The position numbers were made by a program, and so were the translations under genes. Under the pieces are notes generated by a model. The model was not told where the DNA came from, did no database searches, and was given only the letters and a program-made list of their open reading frames with translations. This document shows, one piece after another, positions 46,593-57,203 of a DNA stretch of 64,000 bases; positions within the stretch are counted from its first letter, which is position 1, and each line of letters opens with the position of its first letter. Source of the DNA: a virus; the IMG/VR virus record IMGVR_UViG_3300034105_003474, positions 1-64,000 of that record; one strand, 5' to 3'.

Positions 46593-46776
46593 GTACATCA
46601 TTTCACTTGGTTCTGCGAGCGCACTAATTGGTGCGTGGTTTTGGCAGAAAGAGAACGCCTACGCCTCTCTCACGAGTAACGAACTCGCCTCTATCCTTCA
46701 GTGGGTAGGAGTAAGTCAAGTGTTAGTCGGAGTTGCCGTAGCACTAATCGGCTTAGAGATGAGGGGAAAGAAGTGA
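46585..46776 (+). CDS. Small two-TM membrane protein
   Basis: Two hydrophobic helices. Confidence 0.5.
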   Translation: MSKYIISLGSASALIGAWFWQKENAYASLTSNELASILQWVGVSQVLVGVAVALIGLEMRGKK

Positions 46777-47227
46777 ACATAGGCAAACTAGATAACCCAT
46801 ACACAACGGAGTGCCTTGACTGTGGGATAAACCTGTGGTCTCAATACCTGCACTATCTAGGTATGGACAACGACACCGCACAATGCGCAAACTGTCTAAC
46901 AGCAAACCCTACTAAATACGAAAGATGGAGCGACATAGTATGAGCGAACAGAACGGACAACTACCAACCTTTGGCGAATGGTGCGATCTGCATTCATTCA
47001 ACCCTGACAATGACGACAACTTCAATCTTTACCTGAATTGGTTACAGAGAGAAACGAGCAAACAATGAGCGACACCGAACAAGAAATCGTTGAAGTAACC
47101 CTTGACGCATTGGACGAAACCGTGAACGAACTAGAGCGTCTCATGGCGTTACTAGCAGAGCGTCTAGGCGCAACACCCGTCACCCACTACCAAGACAAGT
47201 GACCCTAGATAGGGCTAAACTTACCTA

Positions 47228-49171
47228 GTGTCAGAGAAATACCTGTTCCTAGCCGACGACCATTTGGTCTCAACTTCGCCATACAACCGAGAAGAAGTTG
47301 AACAAATCAAAGCCATCAACGGCGCAAAGTGGGACAAAGTTGCAAAAGCGTGGCGTATCCCAATGTCTTCAGTTGTTGAAGCGCGGGACTTCGCAGAAAG
47401 AAACGGCTTTATCGTTGATCCACAAGTTCTGACATTTGATCTTCCTCAGAAACTAAACCCAACCTTTGGAGTCACCCTAGAAAAAGACTTCATATATATG
47501 TCCTTCGCTTACGACCCTGTGAAAGTCAAAGCAGTAAAGGAAATCCCGAGCGTAACTTGGCACGCAAAAACTATGGCTTGGAGAGCACCCGTAGGTTCAA
47601 TCGCCGAATGCATTGAATGGGCAGAAAAGTTCAACCAACAAGTTCCACCTAACCTGAGTCAGTTGGCTTCCCAACTCAAAGAAACACATGATGCTTCCGT
47701 GCAACAGTCCCGATCCACAGATGCGGATCTAGAAGTCGCGGGACTCCCACTTCTTCCGTACCAGAAAGCCGGGGTGAAATACGCGTCGGCAGCCAAAAGA
47801 TGTTTTATCGCAGATGACATGGGACTCGGAAAAACCTTGCAGGCGATTGCAACTTTAGAAAACACCCCTGATTCTTACCCTGCTGTGGTTGTTTGCCCAC
47901 CGAACTTGGTATTGAATTGGCAAAAAGAATACGGGAAGTGGCTACCCGAAAGGAAAGTGGTGACTGTTAGTGACCGCAAAACATTCCCTGAACATAAAGA
48001 CTTTGATGTCCTTGTTATTGGATACTCTAACATTTCTCATTGGCAAAAGCAAATCACCGAGTTCAAGTCGTTTGTGTTTGACGAATCCCATTACATCAAG
48101 TCGCCGACGTCCCAACGAACGAAAGCAGCCATCAAGATAGCCAGAACAGCCCCGCAAGATGGAATCATTCTCTGCTTGACGGGGACTCCAGTCACCAACC
48201 GACCAGCAGAGTACGCCAGCCAGTTGGACGTCCTGGGCAAACTAAACACATTTGGTGGGCTTTGGGGTTTTTACCGACGGTACTGCGGTGCTTTCCGAGA
48301 CAGATTCGGTCAATGGAACATCAACGGTAACTCAAACCTAGATGAACTCAACGAAAAGTTGCGTGGGAACTGTTATATACGAAGAACAAAAGATCAAGTT
48401 TTGAAGGACCTGCCACCCGTGCGGCATTCAAACATTATTGTTGCTGGTAGCCCGGCGCAGATGGTTGAGTATCGGAAAGCAGAGCGGGACATCGTAGAGT
48501 ATTTGGTGGAACGCGCCAAACAAATTGCGTTGGAACTGGGCGCATCACCCGGCTCAGCAGCGGTGGTCGCCCGGATAAAAGCAGAATCTAATGAACATTT
48601 GGTTCGTATTTCTGTGTTGCGGAAACTGGCAGCGAAAGCAAAAATGGATGCAGTTATTGAGTTTATTGAAAGCCATATAGAAGCAGGGCTAAAAGTTGTC
48701 GTTGCGGCACACCACAGAGAGATTGTTGATGAACTCGCCAACAAGTTTGGGGGGTTGAAGATCCAAGGCGGAATGTTGGTCTCAGATGTGGAAGATGCGA
48801 AGTCCCGCTTCCAAGAAGAATCAACCGCCGACGCACCCGTGATTGTTTTGTCCATCCAAGCCGCCAAAACTGGGCACACTTTGACGGCTGCACAAGATGT
48901 GTTGTTTGTTGAACTTCCTTGGACACCCGCAGATGTTGACCAAACCTATAGTCGTTGCCACCGTTTGGGTCAGCAGGGTTCTGTTACCGCAACCTATTTG
49001 TTGTGTGAAGGAACTGTTGATGAGGAGATTTACAATCTGATTTCCCGGAAGAGGTCCGTCGTTGATGCGGCGACTGATGGCGGGGCTGTGGAGCGAAGAA
49101 GCGAATCGGTTGGTCAGATGATCGTTGGGATGTTCGCTCAGAGGGGAATTGACGGCATAAAACCCTTATAA
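47228..49171 (+). CDS. SNF2-family (SMARCAL1/HARP-like) helicase
   Basis: DDMGLGKT, DESH, LTGTP..N, Q..SRCHRLGQ; two N-terminal W...K.W repeats. Confidence 0.9.
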   Translation: MSEKYLFLADDHLVSTSPYNREEVEQIKAINGAKWDKVAKAWRIPMSSVVEARDFAERNGFIVDPQVLTFDLPQKLNPTFGVTLEKDFIYMSFAYDPVKVKAVKEIPSVTWHAKTMAWRAPVGSIAECIEWAEKFNQQVPPNLSQLASQLKETHDASVQQSRSTDADLEVAGLPLLPYQKAGVKYASAAKRCFIADDMGLGKTLQAIATLENTPDSYPAVVVCPPNLVLNWQKEYGKWLPERKVVTVSDRKTFPEHKDFDVLVIGYSNISHWQKQITEFKSFVFDESHYIKSPTSQRTKAAIKIARTAPQDGIILCLTGTPVTNRPAEYASQLDVLGKLNTFGGLWGFYRRYCGAFRDRFGQWNINGNSNLDELNEKLRGNCYIRRTKDQVLKDLPPVRHSNIIVAGSPAQMVEYRKAERDIVEYLVERAKQIALELGASPGSAAVVARIKAESNEHLVRISVLRKLAAKAKMDAVIEFIESHIEAGLKVVVAAHHREIVDELANKFGGLKIQGGMLVSDVEDAKSRFQEESTADAPVIVLSIQAAKTGHTLTAAQDVLFVELPWTPADVDQTYSRCHRLGQQGSVTATYLLCEGTVDEEIYNLISRKRSVVDAATDGGAVERRSESVGQMIVGMFAQRGIDGIKPL

Positions 49172-49199
49172 CTTAAGGAGTTAACTCAATGTTTGCAGT

Positions 49200-49850
49200 T
49201 TGGTTACTCGGTTTGCTATACTTAGAGATACAAGATTACTTGACATAGACGGGCACAAGAACCCGAAACCTATCCACCAACCGAAGGACAACTTCTTGAT
49301 AACCAAAACAGCAATGATATTGGCGTTTATATATGGGATGATCTTTCTCACCCCGATAGCCGAAGCAAAAGCCCCAATAGAAACAGGGGTAATTGCACTA
49401 GCCCCGCTATCAGTTATGCCTGAAACCCGAGAGGCAAGAGAAGGAACAGCGAATGTTTCTGTGTTCAAACACGGCAACATTGACTGGTTGCCAGAACTCG
49501 CCCTTGCTGCTGGATGGAAACCTGCTCAGTTCAAGAAACTAGGGCATATTATTCTCCGAGAATCAGGTGGTTGCCCGAACCGCATCGGTAGTTCTATCGT
49601 TGATAAGAACTGCAACATCACGGGATATACCAAGGCGACCAACAAGTCGGACTCAGGTTTGCTTCAAATCAACGGTGTTAATTGGGATTTAAGTCGTAAC
49701 AAGAACGCCATTGCTTGCGTCAAACTAGGCTTTTGCACCCAAGAGGATCTGCTTGATCCATTGAATAACCTCAAAGTTGGAAGACTTTTGTTTGAAGCCG
49801 CTGGTTGGCAGCCGTGGAACGCATGTAATTGGGATCCAACGCGCTGTTAA
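49200..49850 (+). CDS. Secreted lysozyme/lytic transglycosylase-like protein (true start probably 49296-49314)
   Basis: Signal-like segment; RESGG, DSGLLQIN, L.DP..N, GW.PW. Confidence 0.75.
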   Translation: MVTRFAILRDTRLLDIDGHKNPKPIHQPKDNFLITKTAMILAFIYGMIFLTPIAEAKAPIETGVIALAPLSVMPETREAREGTANVSVFKHGNIDWLPELALAAGWKPAQFKKLGHIILRESGGCPNRIGSSIVDKNCNITGYTKATNKSDSGLLQINGVNWDLSRNKNAIACVKLGFCTQEDLLDPLNNLKVGRLLFEAAGWQPWNACNWDPTRC

Positions 49851-49955
49851 AGGCTTATTAGCCCCGCTCCCAACAACCTCCGCCACTTCTGCTGGCACTA
49901 AATTTCGCACTAAATTTGGTGCGATGTTGCTGTCAAATATTTCTTTTGAAATGGG

Positions 49956-49984
49956 TTGACGTACAAGGTTTCTTCATATAAACT
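49956..49984 (+). promoter_or_regulatory. SigA-type promoter
   Basis: TTGACG-17 nt-TAAACT upstream of DUF932 gene. Confidence 0.6.
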
Positions 49985-50023
49985 AATCTGCATAAACTAA
50001 ACAGGAACCGAGGAGGTTACCGA

Positions 50024-51049
50024 ATGGCAGCAAACATAGAAGTAAACACAGACGGCAAAGCACGATTTGCGTACGCAGGTACACAAACCCCATGGCACCG
50101 TCTAGGACAGTCAATGCAAGGACTCCAAACTATTGACGCAATGTTGGAAGCATCCCAAGCGGACTACCAAGTACTACTCACCAAGATCGCAGTAGTGGAC
50201 GACGAGGGCAACCTTGTTCGTAACCCTGACGGTTCACCCGTGATCGTTGAGGACAACAAAGCAACAGTCCGAATGAACGACGATGGTTCGTTCTCACCAT
50301 TGGCAACAGTGGGCAACCGTTACGATGTCCGACAGAACCGTGAGGTTCTTGAACGAGCAATGGCAGTGGTTGGTGCATCCAAGGGAGACGCAGTAATTGA
50401 TACTTGTGGCGTCCTCAAGGGCGGTGCACGATTCTTCGCAGGCATTGACCTCGGAACATTAATCATTGATCCAACGGGCGTTAACGACAGGATCGCACGA
50501 TACTTGGTTGTATCTCACGGACATGACGGTTACTGGCCGATTCGGTATGCAAATACCGATGTTCGGGCAGTATGTCAAAACACTGTGATCATGGGTATCA
50601 AGAACGCAGAGCGACTATTCACTGCACGACACACCCGTAATGCGGACGAGTACCTAAACACCGCACAAGAAGCATTGCAAATCTCTACGGATTGGGCAAA
50701 GAACTTCAAAATCATGGCAGAGTCAATGTTGGCGATCCCTGTTCCACAGTCATCACAGCGGGTAGACAAGGTCATCAACACTGTGTTCCCAATCAAAGCA
50801 ACGGAATCAGACACTCAACGACGCAACCGTGAAGAAATCACGGGAACGATCAGAGCACTGTATGCATCACAAAAGAATGCAGGCGGTTACGGTTACAACG
50901 GTTGGAGTATTTATAACTCTGTAGTGGAATACCTTGACCATCATCGCAGGGGCGATGCAAGTGACAGAGCGTTGGCAACCATTGAGGAAAACTCTTGGGT
51001 GAACAAAGCAAAGATCACTGCACAGCACGCAGTACTTCAACTAGTTTAA
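50024..51049 (+). CDS. DUF932 phage/plasmid protein
   Basis: PWH.LG, Y...QN, G.L.GG, HDG, VR.VCQNT, RHT, W..YN.V.EY.DH. Confidence 0.9.
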   Translation: MAANIEVNTDGKARFAYAGTQTPWHRLGQSMQGLQTIDAMLEASQADYQVLLTKIAVVDDEGNLVRNPDGSPVIVEDNKATVRMNDDGSFSPLATVGNRYDVRQNREVLERAMAVVGASKGDAVIDTCGVLKGGARFFAGIDLGTLIIDPTGVNDRIARYLVVSHGHDGYWPIRYANTDVRAVCQNTVIMGIKNAERLFTARHTRNADEYLNTAQEALQISTDWAKNFKIMAESMLAIPVPQSSQRVDKVINTVFPIKATESDTQRRNREEITGTIRALYASQKNAGGYGYNGWSIYNSVVEYLDHHRRGDASDRALATIEENSWVNKAKITAQHAVLQLV

Positions 51050-51070
51050 ACAGTTCCTTAGTAGGGAAGA

Positions 51071-51107
51071 TACCACCACCTGAGCAATCGGGTGGTGGTA
51101 TTATTTT
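51071..51107 (+). terminator. Intrinsic terminator
   Basis: taccaccacc...ggtggtggta plus T-rich tail. Confidence 0.65.
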
Positions 51108-51111
51108 ATGT

Positions 51112-51561
51112 ATGGATACGCCCGAGTGGGACGACTACAAACCTAAAGAAATAGAACTGCCTAAGCCGATCATCCCCGAGAATATCCTCAAAGACTTGAC
51201 AGAGTTCGTACAGAACGCATTAGAGAAGGAAAATAAACTAATGTCAATAACATCAGATGTGTTAGACCAACTGTATACAGAAATCGGTGGCGACGAAGAA
51301 ACAGCGTCCCTAGTTATCTCGTATATTCAACGACGCCACAAGTGGGATGTTGAACTATTGGCTGAACGCCGAGATGTAGACGAAGTGCTTTACCGAGAGC
51401 ACGACCTATTTGACGAACACATGTGGGACAAAGTCATGAATACCAAAGCCATCTCGGACCTGCATCACGAGGTGTGGAAACTATCCCAAAAGTACATTTC
51501 CCGCGCTATCAAAGAAGTGCTTGCTTCCGATAACGGGACTCCCGAGGAGCCAGCGTTCTAA
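51112..51561 (+). CDS. Hypothetical protein
   Basis: Start MDTPEW. Confidence 0.6.
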   Translation: MDTPEWDDYKPKEIELPKPIIPENILKDLTEFVQNALEKENKLMSITSDVLDQLYTEIGGDEETASLVISYIQRRHKWDVELLAERRDVDEVLYREHDLFDEHMWDKVMNTKAISDLHHEVWKLSQKYISRAIKEVLASDNGTPEEPAF

Positions 51562-51812
51562 AGCAGGTCGTCGTCGGCTAAAGGATCGCCGTCAATCATC
51601 TCAAAAGTTGCAGTAAAACGCGTTCCTTCTTCGTTATCAACCGAAGTAACTTGGAACCCAAGCGAATCAAGCATCAAATCTGCCACCCCACCCATATCTT
51701 CCTCAAAGGTTTCAACTTCTGCGTCGGTTGTTTCATCATCAACTGCCAAAGAAACAAGGATTTCCATCAGCAGATCACGAACGTTCAGGCGGACTTCTTC
51801 AGGTGTAAGCAT
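51558..51812 (-). CDS. Acidic hypothetical protein
   Basis: Start MLTPEE. Confidence 0.55.
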   Translation of the reverse strand: MLTPEEVRLNVRDLLMEILVSLAVDDETTDAEVETFEEDMGGVADLMLDSLGFQVTSVDNEEGTRFTATFEMIDGDPLADDDLL

Positions 51813-51893
51813 GTTGCCATAATAGCCCCGCATCCGCTAGATTGGTGACACCTCAGCCAAAAGGGTTGGGGTAAGACACTAGGAGGATCCGAA

Positions 51894-52361
51894 GTGAGTG
51901 CATCACCCGTAACATTGGTTGGAAATCTAACCGCTGACCCAGAACTGAAGTTCTTGCCAACAGGCGTTGGTAAGTTGACTTTCGGTATCGCAGTAAACCA
52001 TTATTGGACAGACCAAGATGGCGAAAAGCAAGAGAAGACTTCGTTCTTCAACATCATTGCATGGCGCAACCTCGCAGAGGACTGTGCGAATGTCCTCACC
52101 AAGGGTGTTCGTGTTGTTGTAACAGGACGCTTGGAACAGCGTTCGTGGGACGACAAGGAAACAGGTGCAAAGCGTTCAACTGTTGAAGTTCTTGCTGACA
52201 ACATTGGTTTGTCTGTTGGGAACATTGAGACATTTGTTCGTAAGCAGAAGCCTGAAGGTCAAGGTTCTTACGCCCCAAAGGCTAAAACCGCATCTGCGCC
52301 TGCACGCCCAGCACCAAAGCAAATTGCTCAGGTACAACTTGAAGAACAAGAGGCTTGGTAG
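51894..52361 (+). CDS. ssb: Single-stranded DNA-binding protein
   Basis: VGNLTADPEL, WR.LAE, KG.RVVV.GRL.QRSW. Confidence 0.95.
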   Translation: MSASPVTLVGNLTADPELKFLPTGVGKLTFGIAVNHYWTDQDGEKQEKTSFFNIIAWRNLAEDCANVLTKGVRVVVTGRLEQRSWDDKETGAKRSTVEVLADNIGLSVGNIETFVRKQKPEGQGSYAPKAKTASAPARPAPKQIAQVQLEEQEAW

Positions 52362-52433
52362 AAGCGGTTAGCCCCGCTATTGAATAACGGATCCTCACCA
52401 ATAATTGTCACCCGTGAGTGCCAGTTGGTGAGG

Positions 52434-52826
52434 TTATTCCGTTGTGATGGTCCATCTCGTATCAACTTTGGATGCGAGATCGGTGAGTGCTTTTTTGCTG
52501 TCTTCGTCGGTGTTGCACTTTTTGTATAGTTCTATTGTCTCTTCGTCTACTGCGAAATCTGTTTCATCTCCGCTTGCTGTTGAACGACTGAGTACTATGT
52601 CTCCTACTAGTAGTTGCCCGAACAGGTATGACATTGCGACATTTGCTTCCTGTCCGAGTAGTAAACCTTCATCATGGACATATGCGTGCATGTCTTTGCG
52701 TGAAGGGTGTCGCACGATATCAAACCATCCACCAACCATGTGGTGAACCATGATGTGTGCGTCTGTTACGGGAAGGTCAATGTGTCGTACTTCGCCGTTC
52801 GCTTTTACTAGTAGTGCCGATGTCAT
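52434..52826 (-). CDS. DUF3846-like protein
   Basis: VGGW....., DEG.L....N..., .GD.V. Confidence 0.65.
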   Translation of the reverse strand: MTSALLVKANGEVRHIDLPVTDAHIMVHHMVGGWFDIVRHPSRKDMHAYVHDEGLLLGQEANVAMSYLFGQLLVGDIVLSRSTASGDETDFAVDEETIELYKKCNTDEDSKKALTDLASKVDTRWTITTE

Positions 52827-53131
52827 TATGACTCCCTGATTGTGTGGTCGTATTCACGGTCTTGGTTTTCAAGACGGATAGGTAGATAGAAGTCATTCAT
52901 TGTGCGCTTGATGTACGGGTTGCGTAGACCCGACCAAGAGACTTTCACTCCGTTGGGTACATATGTTGTGAACCATTCAAATGCTTCTGCGCCGTTCTCA
53001 AACGGTCCATAAAACTTTTGTGTTCTGTCAAATGAAAGTGTTGCGATAAGTGGTGAGTTGAGATAGTAGGTGTCTAGATATTCCTGCATCTCGTCAAGTG
53101 TTTCAAGTATCATCGGATTGCGTTCGCCCAT
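52826..53131 (-). CDS. Hypothetical protein
   Basis: YGPF...EA motif; coupled. Confidence 0.55.
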   Translation of the reverse strand: MGERNPMILETLDEMQEYLDTYYLNSPLIATLSFDRTQKFYGPFENGAEAFEWFTTYVPNGVKVSWSGLRNPYIKRTMNDFYLPIRLENQDREYDHTIRES

Positions 53132-53379
53132 TCTTCTTCTGTTGGTGGTTGTGGTTTTGCTACGACAACTGTTTCGGTTTTAATATTGTGTGCTATTACC
53201 TTGTTGCTTTGAATAAGTAGTGTGATATCACCCGAATACTCGTAGAAGAAGTCACCGAGGTCTACCGCACCGCATTTTGTATCTGCTACAAACTGTGCGT
53301 ATGCGAGTAGACGATCGGCTTCTGTTTCGTATTCGTCCGTAGGGCGTTCAGGGGGCATTTGTTCTTTAGGTTTACGCAT
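53110..53379 (-). CDS. Hypothetical protein
   Basis: Coupled ORF. Confidence 0.55.
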   Translation of the reverse strand: MRKPKEQMPPERPTDEYETEADRLLAYAQFVADTKCGAVDLGDFFYEYSGDITLLIQSNKVIAHNIKTETVVVAKPQPPTEEEWANAIR

Positions 53380-54209
53380 TAGTATGTGTAATTCCCTTCT
53401 AACAAACGATTGAACTCCTCGCCGTAATACTTGAATGAATGTGATGACACACTGTCTGCTAGTTCGTTTTCATCAACGCCTAGTTCAAGGATAAGTACGC
53501 TCTCTGCACCCATGGTGTCACGACCGAGGACGCTTACTTCTGTGTCTGCGTCCATCCAATCCACCCGTGTGTGGTGGTGTCCACAGATGTGAAACTGTGG
53601 TGTCACCTTGTCAAGAATTTCCTTGACGAGATGTCGTTGTGCGATAGACACTTGAATATCGTCCTTGTATGTGATCTTTTCACCATTGTTGTACGGTGCA
53701 TCATGAGTCATGAGGATGTCAACGGGTTCGTCGCTGAGTAGATCAACATCAAACGGGTTGATAAGTTCACCTCTCCACCATGAGTCACCTTCTACACGGT
53801 CTAACCAATCAACTGAGTACGCACCGCCATAACCCATGAAGGTTGTTTCACCGATTTGGAAACGACATCCACGAGGAATGTACTGCAACCATTCGTTAGG
53901 TGTTGGGATCGGGTTGTTCTTTCCGTACTTGTCGGTGAGGTCACGAAGTAGATCATGGTTTTCGTGGTTGCCGTCAATCCAAAGGAACTTGATTTGTGCT
54001 TCCTCTGCGAGTTTCGCTACACGGTTCACGAATTGCTTCCCGAAGGGACGGTGTACCCAATATCCGAAGTCGCCTACAGAGATGATGTGTGTTACTTCGT
54101 TCTTTTGTGCGTGCGAGATTACCCACTCTGCGTGTTGCATGTTCCCGTGAATGTCACCTGCGAACATTACGACCTGTTTGGTCTGTTTAGTGTTTTCTAG
54201 TTGTTTCAT
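53379..54209 (-). CDS. Calcineurin-like metallophosphoesterase
   Basis: GDIHG, GDFG, DGNHE, THDAP, GHHH. Confidence 0.9.
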   Translation of the reverse strand: MKQLENTKQTKQVVMFAGDIHGNMQHAEWVISHAQKNEVTHIISVGDFGYWVHRPFGKQFVNRVAKLAEEAQIKFLWIDGNHENHDLLRDLTDKYGKNNPIPTPNEWLQYIPRGCRFQIGETTFMGYGGAYSVDWLDRVEGDSWWRGELINPFDVDLLSDEPVDILMTHDAPYNNGEKITYKDDIQVSIAQRHLVKEILDKVTPQFHICGHHHTRVDWMDADTEVSVLGRDTMGAESVLILELGVDENELADSVSSHSFKYYGEEFNRLLEGNYTY

Positions 54210-54310
54210 ATATATAAGTATATACCCGTACTGTCATATTGTCAACCCCATAAATGCCCTAATTTACGGGCTTTGATGATATATCTAGATGGATGGGGTA
54301 GTGTAGAGAT

Positions 54311-54739
54311 ATGACCGAAGTACCGACATCCGCTGTAATAGTTGCCCGCCTGCCCGAAGAGATCGTTGATCTAGTTGGGCGTTTCATTGGGGACAGCGAC
54401 ATTGACACAGACTTGGACGAGGTCAAAGTACTGATGCCTGCGAGTCCCGTTGTCTCAGCAATCGCCTCCTACTTGGGCATCTCCCAAGAAAGCCCCAGCG
54501 GGCACATGTTGGATCAGGCAAAAGCGTGGATAGATGAACAACTATTGTGGCAAGACAGAGCATCAGCCGTTCAGCAGAAACTTTCAGCAAAGTTCCCATT
54601 CACAGAAGTAGAAGCATCAAAAGGTGAAATCCCTTCATGGATGCACGCCCCATGGGCTCCAACCCTGCTGTTCCAATGGTCAGAAGCGCTAAGAGACGCA
54701 GTTTTACAAGCAGAAGAATATGTGGAGGAAGTCCTATGA
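54311..54739 (+). CDS. Hypothetical protein
   Basis: ORF coupled to next. Confidence 0.55.
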   Translation: MTEVPTSAVIVARLPEEIVDLVGRFIGDSDIDTDLDEVKVLMPASPVVSAIASYLGISQESPSGHMLDQAKAWIDEQLLWQDRASAVQQKLSAKFPFTEVEASKGEIPSWMHAPWAPTLLFQWSEALRDAVLQAEEYVEEVL

Positions 54740-55113
54740 GTGACGAAACCAACGACAATCTAGAGTTCGCTATGGGAGAAGTAGCGCGAGACCTAGAACC
54801 AACGCGTTCAAGAAGTGTTGCGAAGAAGAAGAAAGACAAAGACGGGACTGATCTGTCTTCCACAGCACAAGAACAGGTCCTGTTCCGTGCAACTGCTGAA
54901 GACAAGCAGAAGTGGGAAGAATGCGCCAAACATTTGGGTATTTCTATGGCTGAGTTCCTTCGTGTTTCCGCTAACGAAAAGGTTGAATCTGCGATGGCAG
55001 GATGCGACCACCCGTTGGCTTTCCGCCGTTCATTTCCGTGGATGGAAGAATGCTTGAAGTGCGGTGTGCGTTTACGAAACGAACAAACTGCAACTTACAC
55101 TAATCGTCGCTAA
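54736..55113 (+). CDS. RHH-like plus Zn-ribbon protein
   Basis: QVLFR....K..W...A...GISMAEFLR; CDHP...CLKCG. Confidence 0.6.
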   Translation: MSDETNDNLEFAMGEVARDLEPTRSRSVAKKKKDKDGTDLSSTAQEQVLFRATAEDKQKWEECAKHLGISMAEFLRVSANEKVESAMAGCDHPLAFRRSFPWMEECLKCGVRLRNEQTATYTNRR

Positions 55114-55116
55114 GCA

Positions 55117-55470
55117 GTGAAGCCCCGCAAACCGATAAAACGGTCGCCACTCAAACGATCAACTAAGCCGATCAAGCAGAAGTCGGCAAAGCGGTTGGTT
55201 GCTGATGTGGATAGGCGCATCTTTGTTGCGATGATGCTGAAGAAACACCCGTATTGTGTTGCGTGTCCTGTGTTCGCTGAACATGATGGGCTTGTCACTT
55301 ATGTGCGTCGCCCGTCGCAGGATATTCACGAACTTATCCGTCGCTCACAGGGTGGTTCTGTGGTGGATGAGGGGAACTGTATTGCTGTGTGCCGTCCGTG
55401 TCATACACGAATCGGGGAGAATCCGCAGTTAGCCTTTGACTTGGGGCTTGCGAAACACTCGTGGGAATGA
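55117..55470 (+). CDS. HNH endonuclease
   Basis: C..C, DIHE...RSQGG....N..AVCRPCH. Confidence 0.8.
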   Translation: MKPRKPIKRSPLKRSTKPIKQKSAKRLVADVDRRIFVAMMLKKHPYCVACPVFAEHDGLVTYVRRPSQDIHELIRRSQGGSVVDEGNCIAVCRPCHTRIGENPQLAFDLGLAKHSWE

Positions 55471-55730
55471 AAGGGGATTTATGTCTATGCTGACATGGTT
55501 TATGAAACTGATGTGGGTTGTATCTATGATTTCGGTAATCGGGTTGCTGTCTGTACTCGCGATGATACTGATAGCAGACTTGAAGGGTTCGTGGTATTGG
55601 AAAAAGCGTGGTTGGTGAACCACCCGTAAGCACTATTTGCGCTTACTGCCATGCCTACGATCGTATTGAACACCTTTACGGTATAGCCACCATCCTGCTA
55701 ATACGAGTAGTAAACCTGTAACGAACTGTG

Positions 55731-56264
55731 TCATTGTGTTTTTCCTTTCTTGCAGAAGTCAATATATTTGGTCATTACGAAGTCTACGAACTCTGATCGT
55801 ATTGTCGCTTCACCATCGTCAATCATAGTGAACTCGGGTAGACCGTTATCGTTATAAACATATTTAGAACACTTACCTGCACTACCTCCTTCATACCCGT
55901 AGGTCGCTACAGTCAATGCTTCTGATACAGGTGTATTGGGGTTGTTCTTATACTCTTTCTCTAGGTCACCTCTCTGATAACCCGTGAGACTGTCTAACTT
56001 TTTGATACGAACATAACTATCTACAACGATACTTACAGTGTCAAACTCATCCAAACCATCGTTGTATGCGTCGCTCAACACATCAGGTAATGACTCAAAG
56101 GGATGACCATCTTTACCGCTTTGTCTGCACTCAAACAGGTCGCCCTTCTGAAACACAACGAATGACTGCATGTCTGTAATACCGTTATCTTCTTTGCATA
56201 CCTCTGTCTTGCGAAGTTGTGCGATCTTTACGATCTTGTCTGCTTCTATGTCTATGTCCATCAT
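55731..56264 (-). CDS. Hypothetical protein
   Basis: Long ORF; start uncertain. Confidence 0.6.
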   Translation of the reverse strand: MMDIDIEADKIVKIAQLRKTEVCKEDNGITDMQSFVVFQKGDLFECRQSGKDGHPFESLPDVLSDAYNDGLDEFDTVSIVVDSYVRIKKLDSLTGYQRGDLEKEYKNNPNTPVSEALTVATYGYEGGSAGKCSKYVYNDNGLPEFTMIDDGEATIRSEFVDFVMTKYIDFCKKGKTQ

Positions 56265-56550
56265 TGTTATACCCGTGTGCTTCTTTTGCGTGTGATTGAA
56301 CGACACGCTGTTAGTGCTTGCTCTCTTGTGTCATGTGTAGACAACGGCATGTTGTTGTTCGCTGTGTCTATTACCAACCATTTAGTGGAAGGGTATCTAT
56401 CAGGTGAGATGTCGTATCTGTAGTTCATTGTGCTCCTATGAGTAGGACGATCATGGCTATTGCCATTGTTGCTATGCCTAGTAATGCGTCTGCTGTCATG
56501 TGTCTAACTATATAACAGTAGTGAGTATATGTCAAGTATCACCCGTAGCA

Positions 56551-56769
56551 CTATTTCTCAACACGCCACCTCAAACCATAAGACCTACGCACCGCATTAG
56601 CCTCCAACCTACGAGACCTCTCAGGCTCAGGTAACGACTCATACAGGGCAATACGCTGACGATTCTTACGCTCACGCTCATACTCCCTACGCCTCTCACG
56701 CTTAGCCCTCGTATCCTCACGATGACAACGATCCCACTCTCTCTTGTCCTCAACATTCTTATAAGGCAC
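56551..56769 (-). CDS. Basic hypothetical protein (MPYK.....RE)
   Basis: Arg/Glu-rich, resembles HNH N-terminal extensions. Confidence 0.45.
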   Translation of the reverse strand: MPYKNVEDKREWDRCHREDTRAKRERRREYERERKNRQRIALYESLPEPERSRRLEANAVRRSYGLRWRVEK

Positions 56770-57005
56770 AACTAACGACCTTTAGCAAACAACTTGAACA
56801 CAAAAAGCACAACAAAAGAAATCACAACAGACGCAACAACCTCCTCAAAATGCACAACAAACACAAAATGCAACAAAAGCAACAACCAATACAAAACAAC
56901 CAACACAAACAACAAAGGAACAAGCACACGCATTACAACAAAACCCTTACAACATAAGGGTTATAGGACATGTTCAGTTGGTTCATAAGCGGGGCTGTCA
57001 ACCTT

Positions 57006-57203
57006 TTAGAGCGGTTCAGGCAGGGTGGGGAGTGATGCGATAATTTTTTGTGTCGCCTTCTTTTTTTTAGGTTTATCTGACACGGGTGTGTTGGTTGTTT
57101 TGGGTTTTGGTTTGTAGGTGTTTTCTAGTTGTTTGATTTCTTTTTCTAGTTGTTTGATTTCTTTGTTTAGTTGGGCGAGTTGTTGGTCTAATGTTTTTTT
57201 CAT
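57006..57203 (-). CDS. Coiled-coil hypothetical protein with KEIKQLE tandem repeat
   Basis: 21-bp tandem repeat; ATGA coupling. Confidence 0.5.
   Translation of the reverse strand: MKKTLDQQLAQLNKEIKQLEKEIKQLENTYKPKPKTTNTPVSDKPKKKKATQKIIASLPTLPEPL

Larger units (their letters stand above)
28527..56996. repeat. Dispersed AGYCCCGC half-sites, often inverted pairs
   Basis: Pairs e.g. 33046/33069, 37453/37476, 38185/38208, 39919/39943, 41297/41320, 42336/42359; cluster 28527-28800; singles to 56989. Confidence 0.85.
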
